Assembly (NCBI RefSeq): GCF_030684315.1
Contig: NC_081362.1
Span: forward strand, 16,734,589 to 16,798,588
Direction: 5' to 3'
From: Stegostoma tigrinum
Taxonomy: Eukaryota
Length of the DNA: 64,000 nt
Below, piece by piece: positions 51,621 through 64,000 of this stretch; position 1 is the first letter of the stretch; each line of letters opens with the position of its first letter. The notes under the pieces are model-generated. The model made no database searches, was not told the DNA's origin, and saw only the letters and a list, made by a program, of their open reading frames with translations. The position numbers were made by a program, and so were the translations under genes.

Positions 51621-52619
51621 TGGAGATGGTAAGAACTGCAGAAGCTGGAGTCAGAGTCAACAACCTGAAACGTCGACTTTCCTGCTCCTCTGATGTGCCA
51701 GACCTGCTGTGTTCCTACAGCTCCATTGACTACACTACTCCTCTACTCAAATCATTTAACAATGGCTAACATTTCATTGATGTTAAAATGATCAAAGGTC
51801 AAAATACTGATGATAATTACATTTGTTAACATTGTTATAGAAGGTATGTCAGTCTCCTGTAAATAGTAGTCAATGGTAGTATTACACATTATTGCAATTA
51901 TGCTTAATTGAATTGAGAAGCATTTGGACAGAAGTATATACTAGCTGCTAAATTTAACAGCAGGTTGATTAATAATATCAGTTTCAAAGCAAGTTATCCC
52001 AACATTCAAAATTGTAATTAGCAGCAATTGCTAAGTGGAAGACTAGAGTACTTTCAGTTAAGACTTAGTAGAAAACCTTATTTACTCCCAAGAACAATTC
52101 ACTTGTTTTCCTTTAAAAGTGAATGTGCAGTTTTTAGTATTCCTCACAATATAGATGCATCTAGTATCGCTATCATTGTTGAAATTAAAAGTAAGAATTG
52201 AGGACAAGATTTTCAAAGAAATTGTGGCTTTTAAGAATGCTTTGACTTCCAATTTTTAACATTTACTTGAGATTTTTAGTCCAAGCACAGGAATAGACTA
52301 TTTGGGCCATCAAACCTATGCCACAATTTTGTCAGGCATGCAGCTATTTTTCGAATTTTGGTTCACCACCCTTTCCCCACTGGGGAGTTAATATTCCCAA
52401 ATGCTTGGAGATAAAGGTACACGTTGTAGTTCTCATTTTCTGATCCTCACTTCCCTTAAATGATTTCTCACTGAGAGAGCAGGATTGCTCAGTTTTGTAT
52501 GCTTTCTTCTAAATTAAAAAAAACCCTTAAAACATCCAAACATGACCTTCTGGAGCACACAGTGAAGTAATGCAAATACTCAGAACCTGAAATGAGAACC
52601 AAAAGAAAGCCTGGAAAAA

Positions 52620-53065
52620 TTTCTGAGGAAGGGTCACTGGACTTGAAATGTTAACGCTGTTTTCTCCACAGATGTTGTCAAAACTAATTTCTCCAGCAAT
52701 TTCTGCTTTTATTTCTTTCACATCTCCAATTCTTTGCTTTATTTTACTGGAAAAACTAATATCTGTTAGCATCTGTAAAAGACAAAGAGTTACCATTTCA
52801 GGTTAATGGCCTTTCAGCAGAATTGAAGGAAGATAAAAATGGAAAAGTTTTTGAGCAGGTGGAAGAGGTGAAGAGTTAGATAGAACAAATTGAAGGTCTG
52901 TACTAGATTGGAGGCCAGGGAAGATTAAGTGACAAAATATTTCACGATGCAATAGCCAAAAAGAATGGGAATGGGTCTAGCAAAGAGCTTAATGATATGA
53001 AACTTAACTCTGCTTTTCTCCATAAGTGTTGCCTGACTAGAGTTTTTCTAGTCTTTTTTTGTTAA
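52620..53065. mobile_element. Cluster of decayed Penelope-type tails in alternating orientation
   Basis: ctgaggaagggtcactggacttgaaatgttaac (52623, +), a minus copy at 52745-52825 and a plus copy at ~53000. Confidence 0.65.
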
Positions 53066-53698
53066 CTTTTTTCCTCTGATTTGTAGAGCCACTGGCCTTT
53101 CTGGTCCCAGACACGGTTTTATTTTAAAAGGTCAGACTACGAATCTGTAGGGAAGAGGGAGTGTCTAGTATCAAAACACTGTGTTTCGAGGAAAGATTGG
53201 AAAAACTTTACAACAGTGACTAATGTGCCTCATAGGTGACAAAGCATTTTGGAAAGTGCGAAGTGTGTGTAAAGGTGAAAAAATGAATTTGTCTCAGCCT
53301 TGCAGGAAGCCAATAGAGATGGAACATGTAGAGCCATTTAATATATTTTAGAAGTAAAGACAAGAATTGAAAACATAATTCCAAACTAAATCCTGACTGT
53401 AGGATGAAAGCAGTAGGCAAAAGCTAGTGAACATACACATTTAACAGTAGCATCATGAAGGTTGTCACACAAAGGGTGAAGGATGCACAGAATAGTCTTC
53501 TGGATGGACTAATAGTGGCAGAAATCTTGGAATTATTTTAAAATTAGTTGAATCCTCTGTGGGGAAGGGAATAGGATCTTCCTGAATAATAAACTAAGTT
53601 CATCAAATGTGATGAGAATTTCACAAGCATGTGATTTATGGTATACAATATTTTGCAAGGACCAAGCAAGTTAATTAATCTTCTTATTTCTTACGCAG

Positions 53699-53731
53699 GT
53701 CTTGTTTGAACTTGCACGTGTTATTTTTTAA
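53699..53731 (+). CDS. RMND1: RMND1 last coding exon: VLFELARVIF*
   Basis: cgcag|GTC...TAA after a pyrimidine tract; resembles the recalled human C-terminus VMFELGRVFF*. Confidence 0.93.
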   Translation, partial: VLFELARVIF

Positions 53732-54047
53732 GTCAGATGGGAAGTAGTTTGGAATACAGTGATCAAAGATCATATCTCCAGGTGGGGCATAAAGAATAGC
53801 CTCCAGAAGGCCTTACTGCTACCTGAATGCCAGATCATTGTGGAACGTCTGCATTTTTAACAATTCAGTTTCTATCCAATCTATACTACTCATTCACAAA
53901 ATCACATTGCACCCATTAGTGGTTTTGCCTGCCACTCAGTGATATACTTGACTTTATTTTTAATTTCTGGAATATATATGTACAAAGAAAAATAAGCAAA
54001 ACTGTTTTAATTGTTAGTTCAATTTAATCATGCAGGAGCCAAGACTG

Positions 54048-54053
54048 AATAAA
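54048..54053 (+). promoter_or_regulatory. Candidate RMND1 polyadenylation signal AATAAA
   Basis: AATAAA ~320 nt after the stop codon, followed by T-rich sequence; other AATAAA hexamers occur further downstream. Confidence 0.45.
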
Positions 54054-55416
54054 CTTGAATTTGTAGCAATTTTGTTTTACATAAAATGTTTGAAACTGGC
54101 ATGTAATGAAGCAAGGACATTGTGGTACCTGTGGAGCCAGAGTAATATCTTATTGTGCATCCTTTGGGGTAGAGGGGAACTGCGTATGGGCTATTATTTT
54201 AGAAGTCTGGAACCTTAGGATTCACTAAATCTCCTTAGACAGCATGTCCCAAACGCACTACCATTGAGAAGGACAAGGGCAGCAACCACACAAAACATAT
54301 TTGAGCAAACAACAATTCTTTACCACACTAGTTAAAACAGTAATACAATGCACAATATACGTACAACTTATTTCTAACAACCAGAAATAAAATATGGTAA
54401 CTATAGGTAATATAATATGATCAAACACCCCACAATCAAGGCAGATACACAGATTTATCTGCCACTCCCTGCAAATGTTCATGACACTGTGGGTCATCAA
54501 ATCTGGTTAAAGCTTACAAGTTCTTTTGGAAGTTTAGTGCTGAAACTTCCCCTCCAGAGCCATTTCATCACACTGCCTGAACAACTGTTCCTGTTCTAGT
54601 CAATCAGCTTCCTTTCCTGACCAGATGCTTCCCTGGATTCTGAAAACTACCCTCCCTAAGAGACGCAACTTCAACCTTTCATCAACTGCTGGTTTCACCG
54701 AGGAACGTCAGTTCCTGTGTTCCTCCTGAGCTGTAATCGTGCTCTGTGGTGCAAAGCAAATGCTTCTTAAAGGGTTGTCAATCCTGACTGTCAGCTATAC
54801 TGATTGTTAGTGATACCTGATTTCTTGCGAGCCATCACAACCTGCAAGATGTTTCCTAATCCCCAACGGCAATACCAAACTGCCTAATAACTCCTAGAAC
54901 TTGGCCTGAGTTTTAACAGCACAGAGTATCCAAATGTCTTGGACTTAACTACTATAACTGTGTAGTTTAGTTTTACTGCAGGAAAGGCAGCTAATAATCA
55001 GCACTTCCAACGTGGAGTCTGTTATCTGTTCTTCTCTTTAGCTGCTCTTCAATTATCCCTGAATGACCTATTGAAAACCTTGCGTAAGCCCCTCCTTTGT
55101 TGCTGGGCAGACTTAAAATGTTGCCACCTAAAATCTTTTCAAACTGATTGTTCCATGAATTTTTACCAGTCATAGATTTCTGGCTTTCTCTATGCAGGAA
55201 TAAAATTGAAATAATAGATTTTTATTACAACTGATAAAGTTATTAGGAGGCATATTCTGAATCAACTTGAAATATTTATCACAACAGACAAAATATCATT
55301 TTATGACTTGAAGTAATTTAAATGAAAATACCCACTATATATTTTTCATGCCTTCTTAGTCTTTCTGTTCAGCAAAAGAGATGTGACAAAGTATAATAAA
55401 GTAAATAAATTCTCCA

Positions 55417-55617
55417 TCATCCTACCAGAGCATAGGGCTGCTGTCTCATTAAAGAGAGATGACTGATGGTGGTTTAACCTGAAGATCACTAGGCCCTCAG
55501 GCATTATTGAGAAGGAGAGTCCTTTGTGGTAATCTCAACCAGTGCAGGAATAGAATGCACGTTGTTGGTGTTCCTCTGCATTGCAAACTAGCTATCTGCC
55601 ATCTGATCTAACTGATT
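55417..55617 (-). mobile_element. Degraded tRNA-derived SINE
   Basis: Minus strand begins tcagttagatcagatggcagatagctagtttgcaatgcag, a tRNA-like head. Confidence 0.5.
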
Positions 55618-58600
55618 CCCCATCCACACTAAAGGAAAATAGATAAATTTATTAGTATGTAATATTCCCTGCATCATTTTTGCTACCAAAACTAATAATC
55701 TCATGTTTGAATGTCATCCAAGTTATTTGTTTGAATGGATTCTTCAATACTTTACTTCCTATGCAGAAGAGTCTCAGAAGAGTTAACAACACCCTTGTTA
55801 ACTTTGACAGCTCATGACCAATGAGTTTGTTTGAGAGTCAATGTCTGAAATTCACAAGCAGTAATGCTGGCTGAGGGGCTGGAACATCCTTTAGAAGAGG
55901 GTCAGTTCTGACATCAAACAGTAATGCTTTCGTAAAAGAACTAAAATCTACTGCCTATTTCTAAGTGGCTAATTAATTTTTTTTGACAAGCAAAGAAGAT
56001 GACTTTGAATTAAAGTAGTAGATGTTCTATTATGATGTTAACCTGCAATACAATTTATTGCAGATAACCATGAAAATAAATACATAATACAGCTACGCTT
56101 GTATCTGCAGAGTTGCTGAATAACCCTGGGGCAAATGTTTTACACAGAGGGTGGTTTGCATGAGGAATGAACTTCCTGAGGAAGTGGTGGATGTGCATAC
56201 AGTTACAACATTATAAAGACATTTCGATAAGTGCATGAATAGGAAACGTTTGGTGGGATATGGACCAGGAGCAGGCAGGTGGGACCAGCTTAGTTTGGGA
56301 TAATGTTCAAAACAGACTGCTTGCACGCTGTACGACTCTGTGGCCATTATCATGGCTATGAAACAGACTGTCAGTAGCTATTTCAGTAATGTGAAGAATT
56401 ATTTTCAAAAACCATCAAGAAAGCCTCCACTATTCTACAGACACGCGAATATTTCCTGTACTTAGAAATGGCGCCTTTACATTGTCCTGCATTATATCCC
56501 GACTTGCGAACAGACTGTCGAACAGAACCCATGCACAACCCAGGATTGCCTGTGTAGTACTGTGTTCATCTAGTTTTCTATTTAATTTTTCAGAACATAT
56601 TCCTAGCACCAGGGGTTTGGCTATTTCTGGTGAAGGGATAACATCAGAAGCAAATTTACTGGGCATTTCTGCCTTATTTTCATCTAACAAGCTAACTTCT
56701 GGAGGTTATCATGTTGTTAATTATCCCTTAAATCTCACCTCCATTCTTTACTTTCCTCTCCTTATTTCCTAAACACTCTATTATCATTTATACTAGTCAC
56801 TTCCTATTTAGGCACAGAATGCTTGAAAATGGTGTGATATGTAAGAAGCTACTGATCAGCTGCACTTTGTCATATAGAGAATTCGGTGGTTTTATTGGTT
56901 TGACAATGGCATTCAGAGCCTATTCCAATGTCACATTTGTCCACACTGACTGGAAGAAGTATGTGTAAGCCAACTCTTGCAGATCCGCAATTCTGAGCTA
57001 ACTAACATAGTTGCTGCCATTATAGGTGAAGGAAAAGGAATTATAACTGCTGTTGTATAAAGATGAAGTTATCACAGGCTGGTAGCTCTGATGACCATTT
57101 GAATGTAGTGTAATATGTTTATAAACTTATCCTATAACTTACATCATTTGATTTGTTTGTGAAGTTCTTTCGCAAAAGGTTTAGTAACTTGTTCTAAGAA
57201 TGAATAAGTTCTGATTTTGATGTTTGCTGTATGGTCATTTTTAACAATTTTACAGAAAACCAGGCTGAACATAATTTGATTTGTATCAGTCAGTGCCAAA
57301 ATAGACTGACCGTGAACAGTACCCTGCCATCTTGGGTTTCACCGTCATCAGTTTATTATCCCTTGGGTCTGAAGTTTGCTGGTTATTTGAAAGGCTGCAT
57401 TGTTGCTACAACAAACATCTGATTCAGATAGAAGATCACATAACTCATTGCCTGCATACTTCTCTCTTTTCCCTTGTCCCTACTCTGTTCACTTGCAGCC
57501 CAACGAAATTTTGGGCGAGTGTTAAACTCACCAGGATTAAATACTTTTCTGTTAAATTGGCTAAAAAACGCATGTTTATCTCCTCGCCTTTCAGTGAAAC
57601 TGTAACAATCATGTTAGATCAACAATATCTGTCATACCTTACAAATATTCTGTTATCAAATCAGCGTAGAGAAAAGGGAGTTCATTCTTGTGGCCAGCAT
57701 GTGGTTATTTGTCAGCTTTGATCTGTTTACAGAGGATCTTGTTTAAATGAGGCTAAATAGATATAACTTCCTTAAATTGTCAATGTATTTGAAGTTAGCC
57801 AGTGACTTAAATATTAAGCAGGAACAGTTTCTCCAGAACCTAATTTTTGACTTTCTCACATTTTTCATCAATTTCACTCAGTTATTTCACCGCAAATCTA
57901 ATGCAGGTAGGACAATTCGCATAGAAATCCCCTAGTTTGTCTGCTTTAATTTTGATGCCAGGAGTATGAGAGTATAGAATAATTTCTAAAGCGACATAAC
58001 ATCAGGCGTTATGCCCTACTCTGACTTCTTGAAACCCACATTCTTTACTACTGAGGCTAACTCATTTTGCTTTCAATCAAAATAGGAAGAGTGGAGGTCA
58101 TTTAATTCTTGAAAATTGGCTGCTGGCCTATCACTTATTATTGTGCTGAAGACAGTATTGCATTTTAATCAAAATGCTGTTGCTAATGAACATTTGTATT
58201 GAATTACCAAAATGTGCGAACTTGTGAGAATGTAGTAAGTATTGTTGACAAAAATATAAAGGTGATGAGTGACCAAGTAAGTGAAGTTTGTTACTGTGAG
58301 TGTTTAGAAAAAATCTTAGAAAATCAATTGGGAAATTTAGGATTATGCTGTAATTCATTGCGTATTACACATTTTCATCTTGCACATTATACCCTTTACA
58401 ATGATATATATTTCCCATCTTAAATTGTTTCAATTGGTAATAAAATGTTTTCTACATTGTTTGCCTCCACTGTTGCATTTTATTTTATGCATTGTAACAA
58501 AATGGCCTCTATTGTATATCTTGTTTCAGGTCATCTTTTTAGAATCACGAATGAGCCAAGTTACTTAATCATATTAAGCGTCCAGTCTGAGTTAAGTAAT

Positions 58601-58669
58601 GACAATGATAGCTGAAATTTGAAGCATGGTTCACAGTAAAGATGGTCCCTGAATTTGCACGTAATCATA

Positions 58670-59350
58670 TTAAGCTTGAGCAGGGGTGCAGGGAAAGACT
58701 TGGGAACTCATTTTCTGCATAGACATTTTACAACTCCTGTGACTCAATATTAAGTTCCACAACTTCAAAGTGTGATCTCTATCCTCCATGTTTCCTACAT
58801 CCTCCCCCTTCCCCAGCTGTGTCTTGATTGACTTTGCTGTCAGCTGAGCTGACCCATTTTCTCCTTTTACCAACTAATATTTACAGCTACTGACATCCTT
58901 CCATATGTGCAAGGTTTCTATTTCTGAGAACCGCTGCGAATGATGACATCCATGAGCACCGAGCCTGTCAAAAATATAAGTTAAAAATCACAGATAGGCA
59001 AGTTTGCCCACGGATGTTGAATTTTGTTGCTACTTAACTTTTGGTGCAGATAGGCAAATTCATGAGTTATTAACGCATGAATACAGACTTTACATCTCTA
59101 TCACTTCTTTACCACCACTATCATTCCCTCTATCTTTTGCTCTGAGCACCTTCTCAGTCTGTTCTACTTGCTTCTCCTCTCCCTTAATCAAGAGCATAAA
59201 AATCACCATTTTTCAGTTTCTTCAATTCCGAAGATATCATACTGGACTTTTGAAACATAACTCTGTTTTTACTTCCACAGACTAGACCTACTGAGTCAGT
59301 CCATCACTTTGTTTTTATTTCAGATTTTGAGCAGTATTTTGCTTTTATTC
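58670..59350 (+). mobile_element. Old Penelope-like 3' remnant
   Basis: gactcaatattaagttccacaacttca (endonuclease C-terminal end) and tail gaaacataactctgtttttacttccacagactagacctactgag. Confidence 0.55.
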
Positions 59351-60287
59351 CAGTACTCTGCTGATTGGACTCAGACCTGAACTTGTCCAAAATTCTACTG
59401 CTCTAATCCAAGCTTATACTAAGATGTGTTTACATAATCTACATTCACTTCTGATTAGATAGGTGATTTCTAAAATCTTATCCTTGTTTTTAAAGTCTCT
59501 CCATGGCCCCTCCCCTTTCTGGCTTTGTAACCTTTCCCAGAAGTGAAACTCCACAAGATCTCTGTGCTCGTCCCATGTTGTCATGTTGTACATCCAAAAT
59601 TGTAATCGCTGTGCCATCAGTTATCAAAGCCACAGTTATTGGAATTTCCTCCGCAGGCCACTGCACCCTGCTCTTCTCCTTTAAGAAGTTATTTAAACTT
59701 TCTTTGACCGAGCTTTTTGTTGCTTGCCTTAATAGCTCCTCATGTGGCTTAGTGTCAGACTTGTCTGGTAATACTCCAGTGAGACACATTCTAACTTTTT
59801 ACTACATCAAAGATGCTTTATAAATGTACATTGGTACTTGAAAGGCATGTAATTCACAATGATGTCAAGCAGACATTTGTAAATAAAACCCACTCAAATT
59901 TGATCTATTCTGCCAGAGTCTTCAGCCAGTTTTCCCCACACTGCAGTTTTCTTCTTAAACTATTCATCTTGCTGCATTTGTCCTCTGTGTCTTCAGTGCT
60001 CATTGATAAGAATAGTTTGAGTAGATATTGAGAAACCCTTTCTACTAAAGGAAGATGCCAGCACAAGGGAACATGACGTTAAATTCAATACCAGGCTGTT
60101 CAGAAGAAAAGTTAGGAAACACGTGTTCGATCTTCTCTACAGAGGCAAGCGGGTAATTCATCCAGTTAAGTCCTGCATTGCAGCCATTTTGTGTCAGTGC
60201 TGGTATTTTATCAACATCAAATTTGTTCCCCATTGTATTCCAGTTCAATCGAAGTGGCAAAGCAGCAACAGGTCATCTCTCCAACCA

Positions 60288-61262
60288 ATGGGCCCCTGGT
60301 TTGTGATATACATAATGATCTGGAGGAAGGTATAAATGGTCTGATTAGCAAGTTTGCAGATGACACGAAGATTGGTGGAGTAGCAGATAGTAAAGAGGAC
60401 TGTCAGAGAATGCAACAGAATATAGATAGATTGGAGAGTTGGGCGGAGAAATGGCAGATGGAGTTCAACCCAGGCAAATGCGAGGTGGTGCATTTTGGAA
60501 GATCCAATTCAAGAGTGAACTATACGGTAAATGGAAAAGCTCTGGGGAAAATTGATGCACAGAGAGATCTGGGTGTTCAGGTCCATTGTACCCAAAAGGT
60601 GGCAACGCAGGTCAATAAGGTGGTCAAGAAGGCATACGGCATGCTTTCCTTCATCGGACGGGGTACTGAGTACAAGAGTTGGCAGGTCATGTTACAGTTG
60701 CATAGGACTTTGGTTCGACTACATTTGGAGTACTGTGTACAGTTCTGGTCGCCACATTACCAAAAGGATGTGGATGCTTTGGAGAGGGTGCAGAGGAGGT
60801 TCACCAGGATGTTGCCTGGAATGGAGGGCACTAGCTATGAAGAGAGGTTGAGTAGATTAGGATTATTTACAGTAGAAAGACAGAGTTTGAGGGAGGACCT
60901 GAATGAGGTCTACAAAATCATGAGAGGTACAGACAGGGTGGATAGCAAGAAGGTTTTCCCAGAGTGGGAGGCTCAATTACTAGGGGTCACAATATCAAGG
61001 TGAGAGGGGAAAAGTTTAAGGGAGATATGTGTGGAAAGTTCTTTTCGCAGAGGGTGGTGGATGCCTGGAACGCGTTGCCAGCGGATGTAGTAGATGCGGG
61101 TATGATAGCATCATTTAAGATGCCTCGAGACAGATACATGAATGGGCAGGGAGCAGAGGGATACAGATCCTTGGAAAATAGGCAACAGGTTTAGATAGAG
61201 GATCCAGATTGGCGCAGACTTGGTGTGCAGAAGGGCCTGTTTCTGTACTGTAATTTTCTTTG
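60288..61262 (+). mobile_element. 5'-truncated, fairly young CR1 LINE (RT C-terminus plus 3' UTR)
   Basis: ISKFADDTKIGG, KWQMEFNPGKCEV, LEYCVQFWSPHYQKD in track ORF 60191..61003. Confidence 0.95.
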
Positions 61263-61915
61263 TTCTTTGTCTCTATATCTCCAACACAAGTAGATACATA
61301 AAGGTGGCAGCATGCTCTCCTGCCTCCCTTGTTAACACTCAGCTCTTCCAATGGTGTTGTTTGGACCTGCATGCATTAAATGGCAAACAAAGACAGGCTG
61401 TTAGAAAGCAGCTACATAGAGGGTTGTGTTGGCATACTGATAACTTGGGCTGGCATACAACCCCTACATGGAGAAGGATTTAGACACCCAATGCCTGGCA
61501 AAACATCAAACCAATTGAGCGCTTGCGTAGAAAGTAACATAGGAATAGAAGGGCTGTAGCAGCATTGAAAAATACAGGTTGATGTGGTAGCAATAAATGT
61601 GCACTTCCTGGAATTGTTCATAAAATATGCAAGTCAGTGGCTAACCATTTCCTTTTGTGACTAGCATTCATATCCCACACATATGTCCTCCCATTCTGTT
61701 TATCTCAGCCTTTCAGTCTGCTGTTGCATTCCCTTTTCTCTCTCTCATCTAGTTTTGTTTCAAAAAGATCTTAGTCATTTACTTCAAGTACTTCATGCAG
61801 TAGAATGTTTCACATTCCAAGGATTTTCTGAGTAGAGAAATTTCTCTATATTTCCCTTTTAGCCTATCTTCTTTTTCTGGGATTTTCACACAAGTAAAAA
61901 CATTCTTTTCACATC

Positions 61916-62281
61916 AAGAGATAGCAAGAACTGCAGATGCAGGATGGCCTAAACATGGATTTTACCAGTTTTAAAATCTCCCCCCCCGCCGCTCTCATCC
62001 CATTTCCAACTCTCCCTCTCATCCCCACCCCCTTGACCTGACACAACCTGTTCATCTCCCCTCCCACATACTGTCCAATCCCCACCACTCCCTACCTGCA
62101 ATCACCTATCACCATCCCACCCCCCCTTCCCCAGCCCCACCCCTCCTCTCTATATCTCAGCTCCTTACCCCCTCCCCATTTCTGAAGATGTCTCCATGTT
62201 TTCCGACCCGAAACATCAACTTCCCTGCTCCTCTGATGCTGCTGGGCCTGCTGTGTTCCTCCAGCTTCACACTGTGTTATC
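61916..62281 (+). mobile_element. Penelope 3' fragment with short inverted tail and 12-bp TSD
   Basis: tcttttcacatc at 61904-61915 and 62282-62293; altered hammerhead ctgaagatgtctccatgttttccgacccgaaacatc. Confidence 0.85.
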
Positions 62282-62794
62282 TCTTTTCACATCTAGACTG
62301 TACAACCTATTCGCAATTTGAAGGACCTCAATTGATTTACCTTCAAGTGAGAAGGTAGGATAAGCCCATTAGCCCATCAAAAGTGCTCCATCATTTGGTA
62401 CAATTGTGGCTGGTTGAACACCATCCCTATAATTCTATATGGTGCTGGAAATCAGAAATCCAATCATCTCCATGGTAAGCATACTTTAGTCTTTACTGTT
62501 CTGAAAACAAATCACTACCTATTCAATCTTTTCTGATAAATGTAACCTCTCCGTTCTACCATTGTCTATGTAAATCTACTTTCCACCTATTCCAGTGCTT
62601 CTGTATTATTTTCGTTATGTAGGGACCAGGAGCAGAATTTCATAGTCAGGCAAAGGTATGTTCTATCTGTTGGTAGAATGGGAAAGTCCAGAAAATGATG
62701 TTGGGCTGGGATCCTGATGACAGCTGCCGTCATCTGACATTTCCTGTGCTGAGCATGGGTGGAAGGTTCTCAGGTCAGGTGGTAACTTTTGTAA

Positions 62795-63610
62795 TGAAAA
62801 CTCATCTGGTTCACTGACGACCTTACAATCATGCGAACAATGAACAGAAGTAGGCCACTTGATCCTTCAAGCTGCTCCACCTTTCAATAAGGTCGTGGCC
62901 GAACTGATTTTAACCTCAGCTTTTTGTTCCTGTGTGCCTCCAATAGCTTTTAATTCCCTGAGTAATCGAAAATCTATCAAACTCTGCTTTAAAAATATTT
63001 AAAGATCTGTATCTACTGTTTTTTTTTGATGAAGGGAATTCCAAAGACCTTCTGAAAGAGAAAAAAAAATGCTTGTTTCTTTTGAGCTATGAGCTTTAGG
63101 GAAGGAAATCTACCATCCTTACCAAGACTGGCTTATATGTGACTTGAGACCTGCAAAAATGTGGTTGGCTGCCCTCTGAACCACTCAGGCATATCTACTG
63201 ACTACAAAGCCATAAAAAAAATTGTATGAAACCAGATGAATCAGATGGCATTAACCTAGGCAATGAAAGCAACCACAACAAGCCAGACCTGTGCCCTGTA
63301 AAGTGTCCTTCTTATTAATAACTGGAGGTTTGTGTCAACTTTGCAAGAGTAGTGTTACAAGCTAGTCCAGCAACAGCCTGACATAGTCATACTCACAGAA
63401 TGCAAACTTAGAATGTCCCCAACGCCGCCATCACCAAAGTGCATTCATCATGTTCGCACTGGTAAGACTGGGCCCGTCAACATATTGGGACATTGCCTTG
63501 AAATTCTCAACACTGATTTCTGGTGAATTCTCATGGCAGCAGAGCAGAAGTGGATATGGAAGTCTCCTACTGATGTCCATCAGCTGATGAATCGGTACTC
63601 CTCCATGTCA
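62795..63610 (+). mobile_element. 5' part of the 17760-type LINE, interrupted by a CR1 tail (62825-63070, minus)
   Basis: catctggttcactga (62803) resumes as tttagggaaggaaatctaccatcc (63095); agcaacagcctgacatagtcat matches ~18031. Confidence 0.7.
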
Positions 63611-63639
63611 CTAGCATCAATAGTGAGGAAAACATTGGA

Positions 63640-64000
63640 ATCTGTTCTAAAGAATATGACTACTTGAAATGTAGGAAATAATTGTCTGATTACACCGAGT
63701 CATCTATTATGCGGACGAAATCATGGTAAAGTTTGTTAGGAAGTTAATGGCAGAGTCGAAATGAGAGAAGTAGTGAATATGTTGCATTTAGATTTTCAAA
63801 AAAGCTTTTGATAAAGCCCCACGCAAAAGTTAGAAAATCAAAATAAAGCATTGATTAGAGATTAGTTACAGGGCAAAAAGCAGAGAGTCAGCATAAATAG
63901 GTCATTCTCAGGTTGGTTGGCTCAGACCAGTGAATTATTTTCAGAATCAGTGCTTAGCCCCCAACTGTTTACAGTCTATGTCAATGATTTGAAGCAAGGG
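63640..64000 (+). mobile_element. Degraded CR1 RT fragment running off the window end
   Basis: ttagattttcaaaaaagcttttgataa (LDFQKAFD-like); aagcagagagtcagcataaatag. Confidence 0.75.

Noticed and set aside
54054-60280. Exons of a downstream neighbour gene
   Set aside because: No recognisable coding motif or CpG-rich promoter; ORFs are short and AT-rich
60191-61003. 270-aa ORF as a host gene
   Set aside because: It is the C-terminal part of a CR1 reverse transcriptase with a chance upstream start

Overview
Eukaryotic, repeat-rich vertebrate DNA. The repeat families (HE1-type tRNA SINEs, CR1 LINEs, Penelope-like elements) point to a cartilaginous fish, probably a shark (inference). The window holds ten GT-AG coding exons of RMND1 on the + strand (11560-53731). 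They splice into one 846-nt frame (281 aa plus stop); the N-terminal coding exon is not seen and is presumably upstream. Almost all other listed ORFs are spurious or are retroelement fragments. The most notable system is a family of Penelope-like (GIY-YIG) retroelements and their mini-derivatives carrying minimal hammerhead-ribozyme motifs (CUGANGA-stem II-GAAACGUH), with about 15 recognisable cores. One young copy in the last RMND1 intron has ~815-bp inverted arms, a 14-bp target-site duplication (TSD) and five 31-nt reiterated repeats at its internal junction. A 91-bp ribozyme-plus-tail insertion with a 9-bp TSD lies ~50 nt upstream of an exon. Also present: a bipartite SINE sharing both a 5' segment and the 3' end with a local LINE, a fossil Harbinger transposase and LF-SINE-like relics. 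All coordinates were read by eye; repeat boundaries are approximate.
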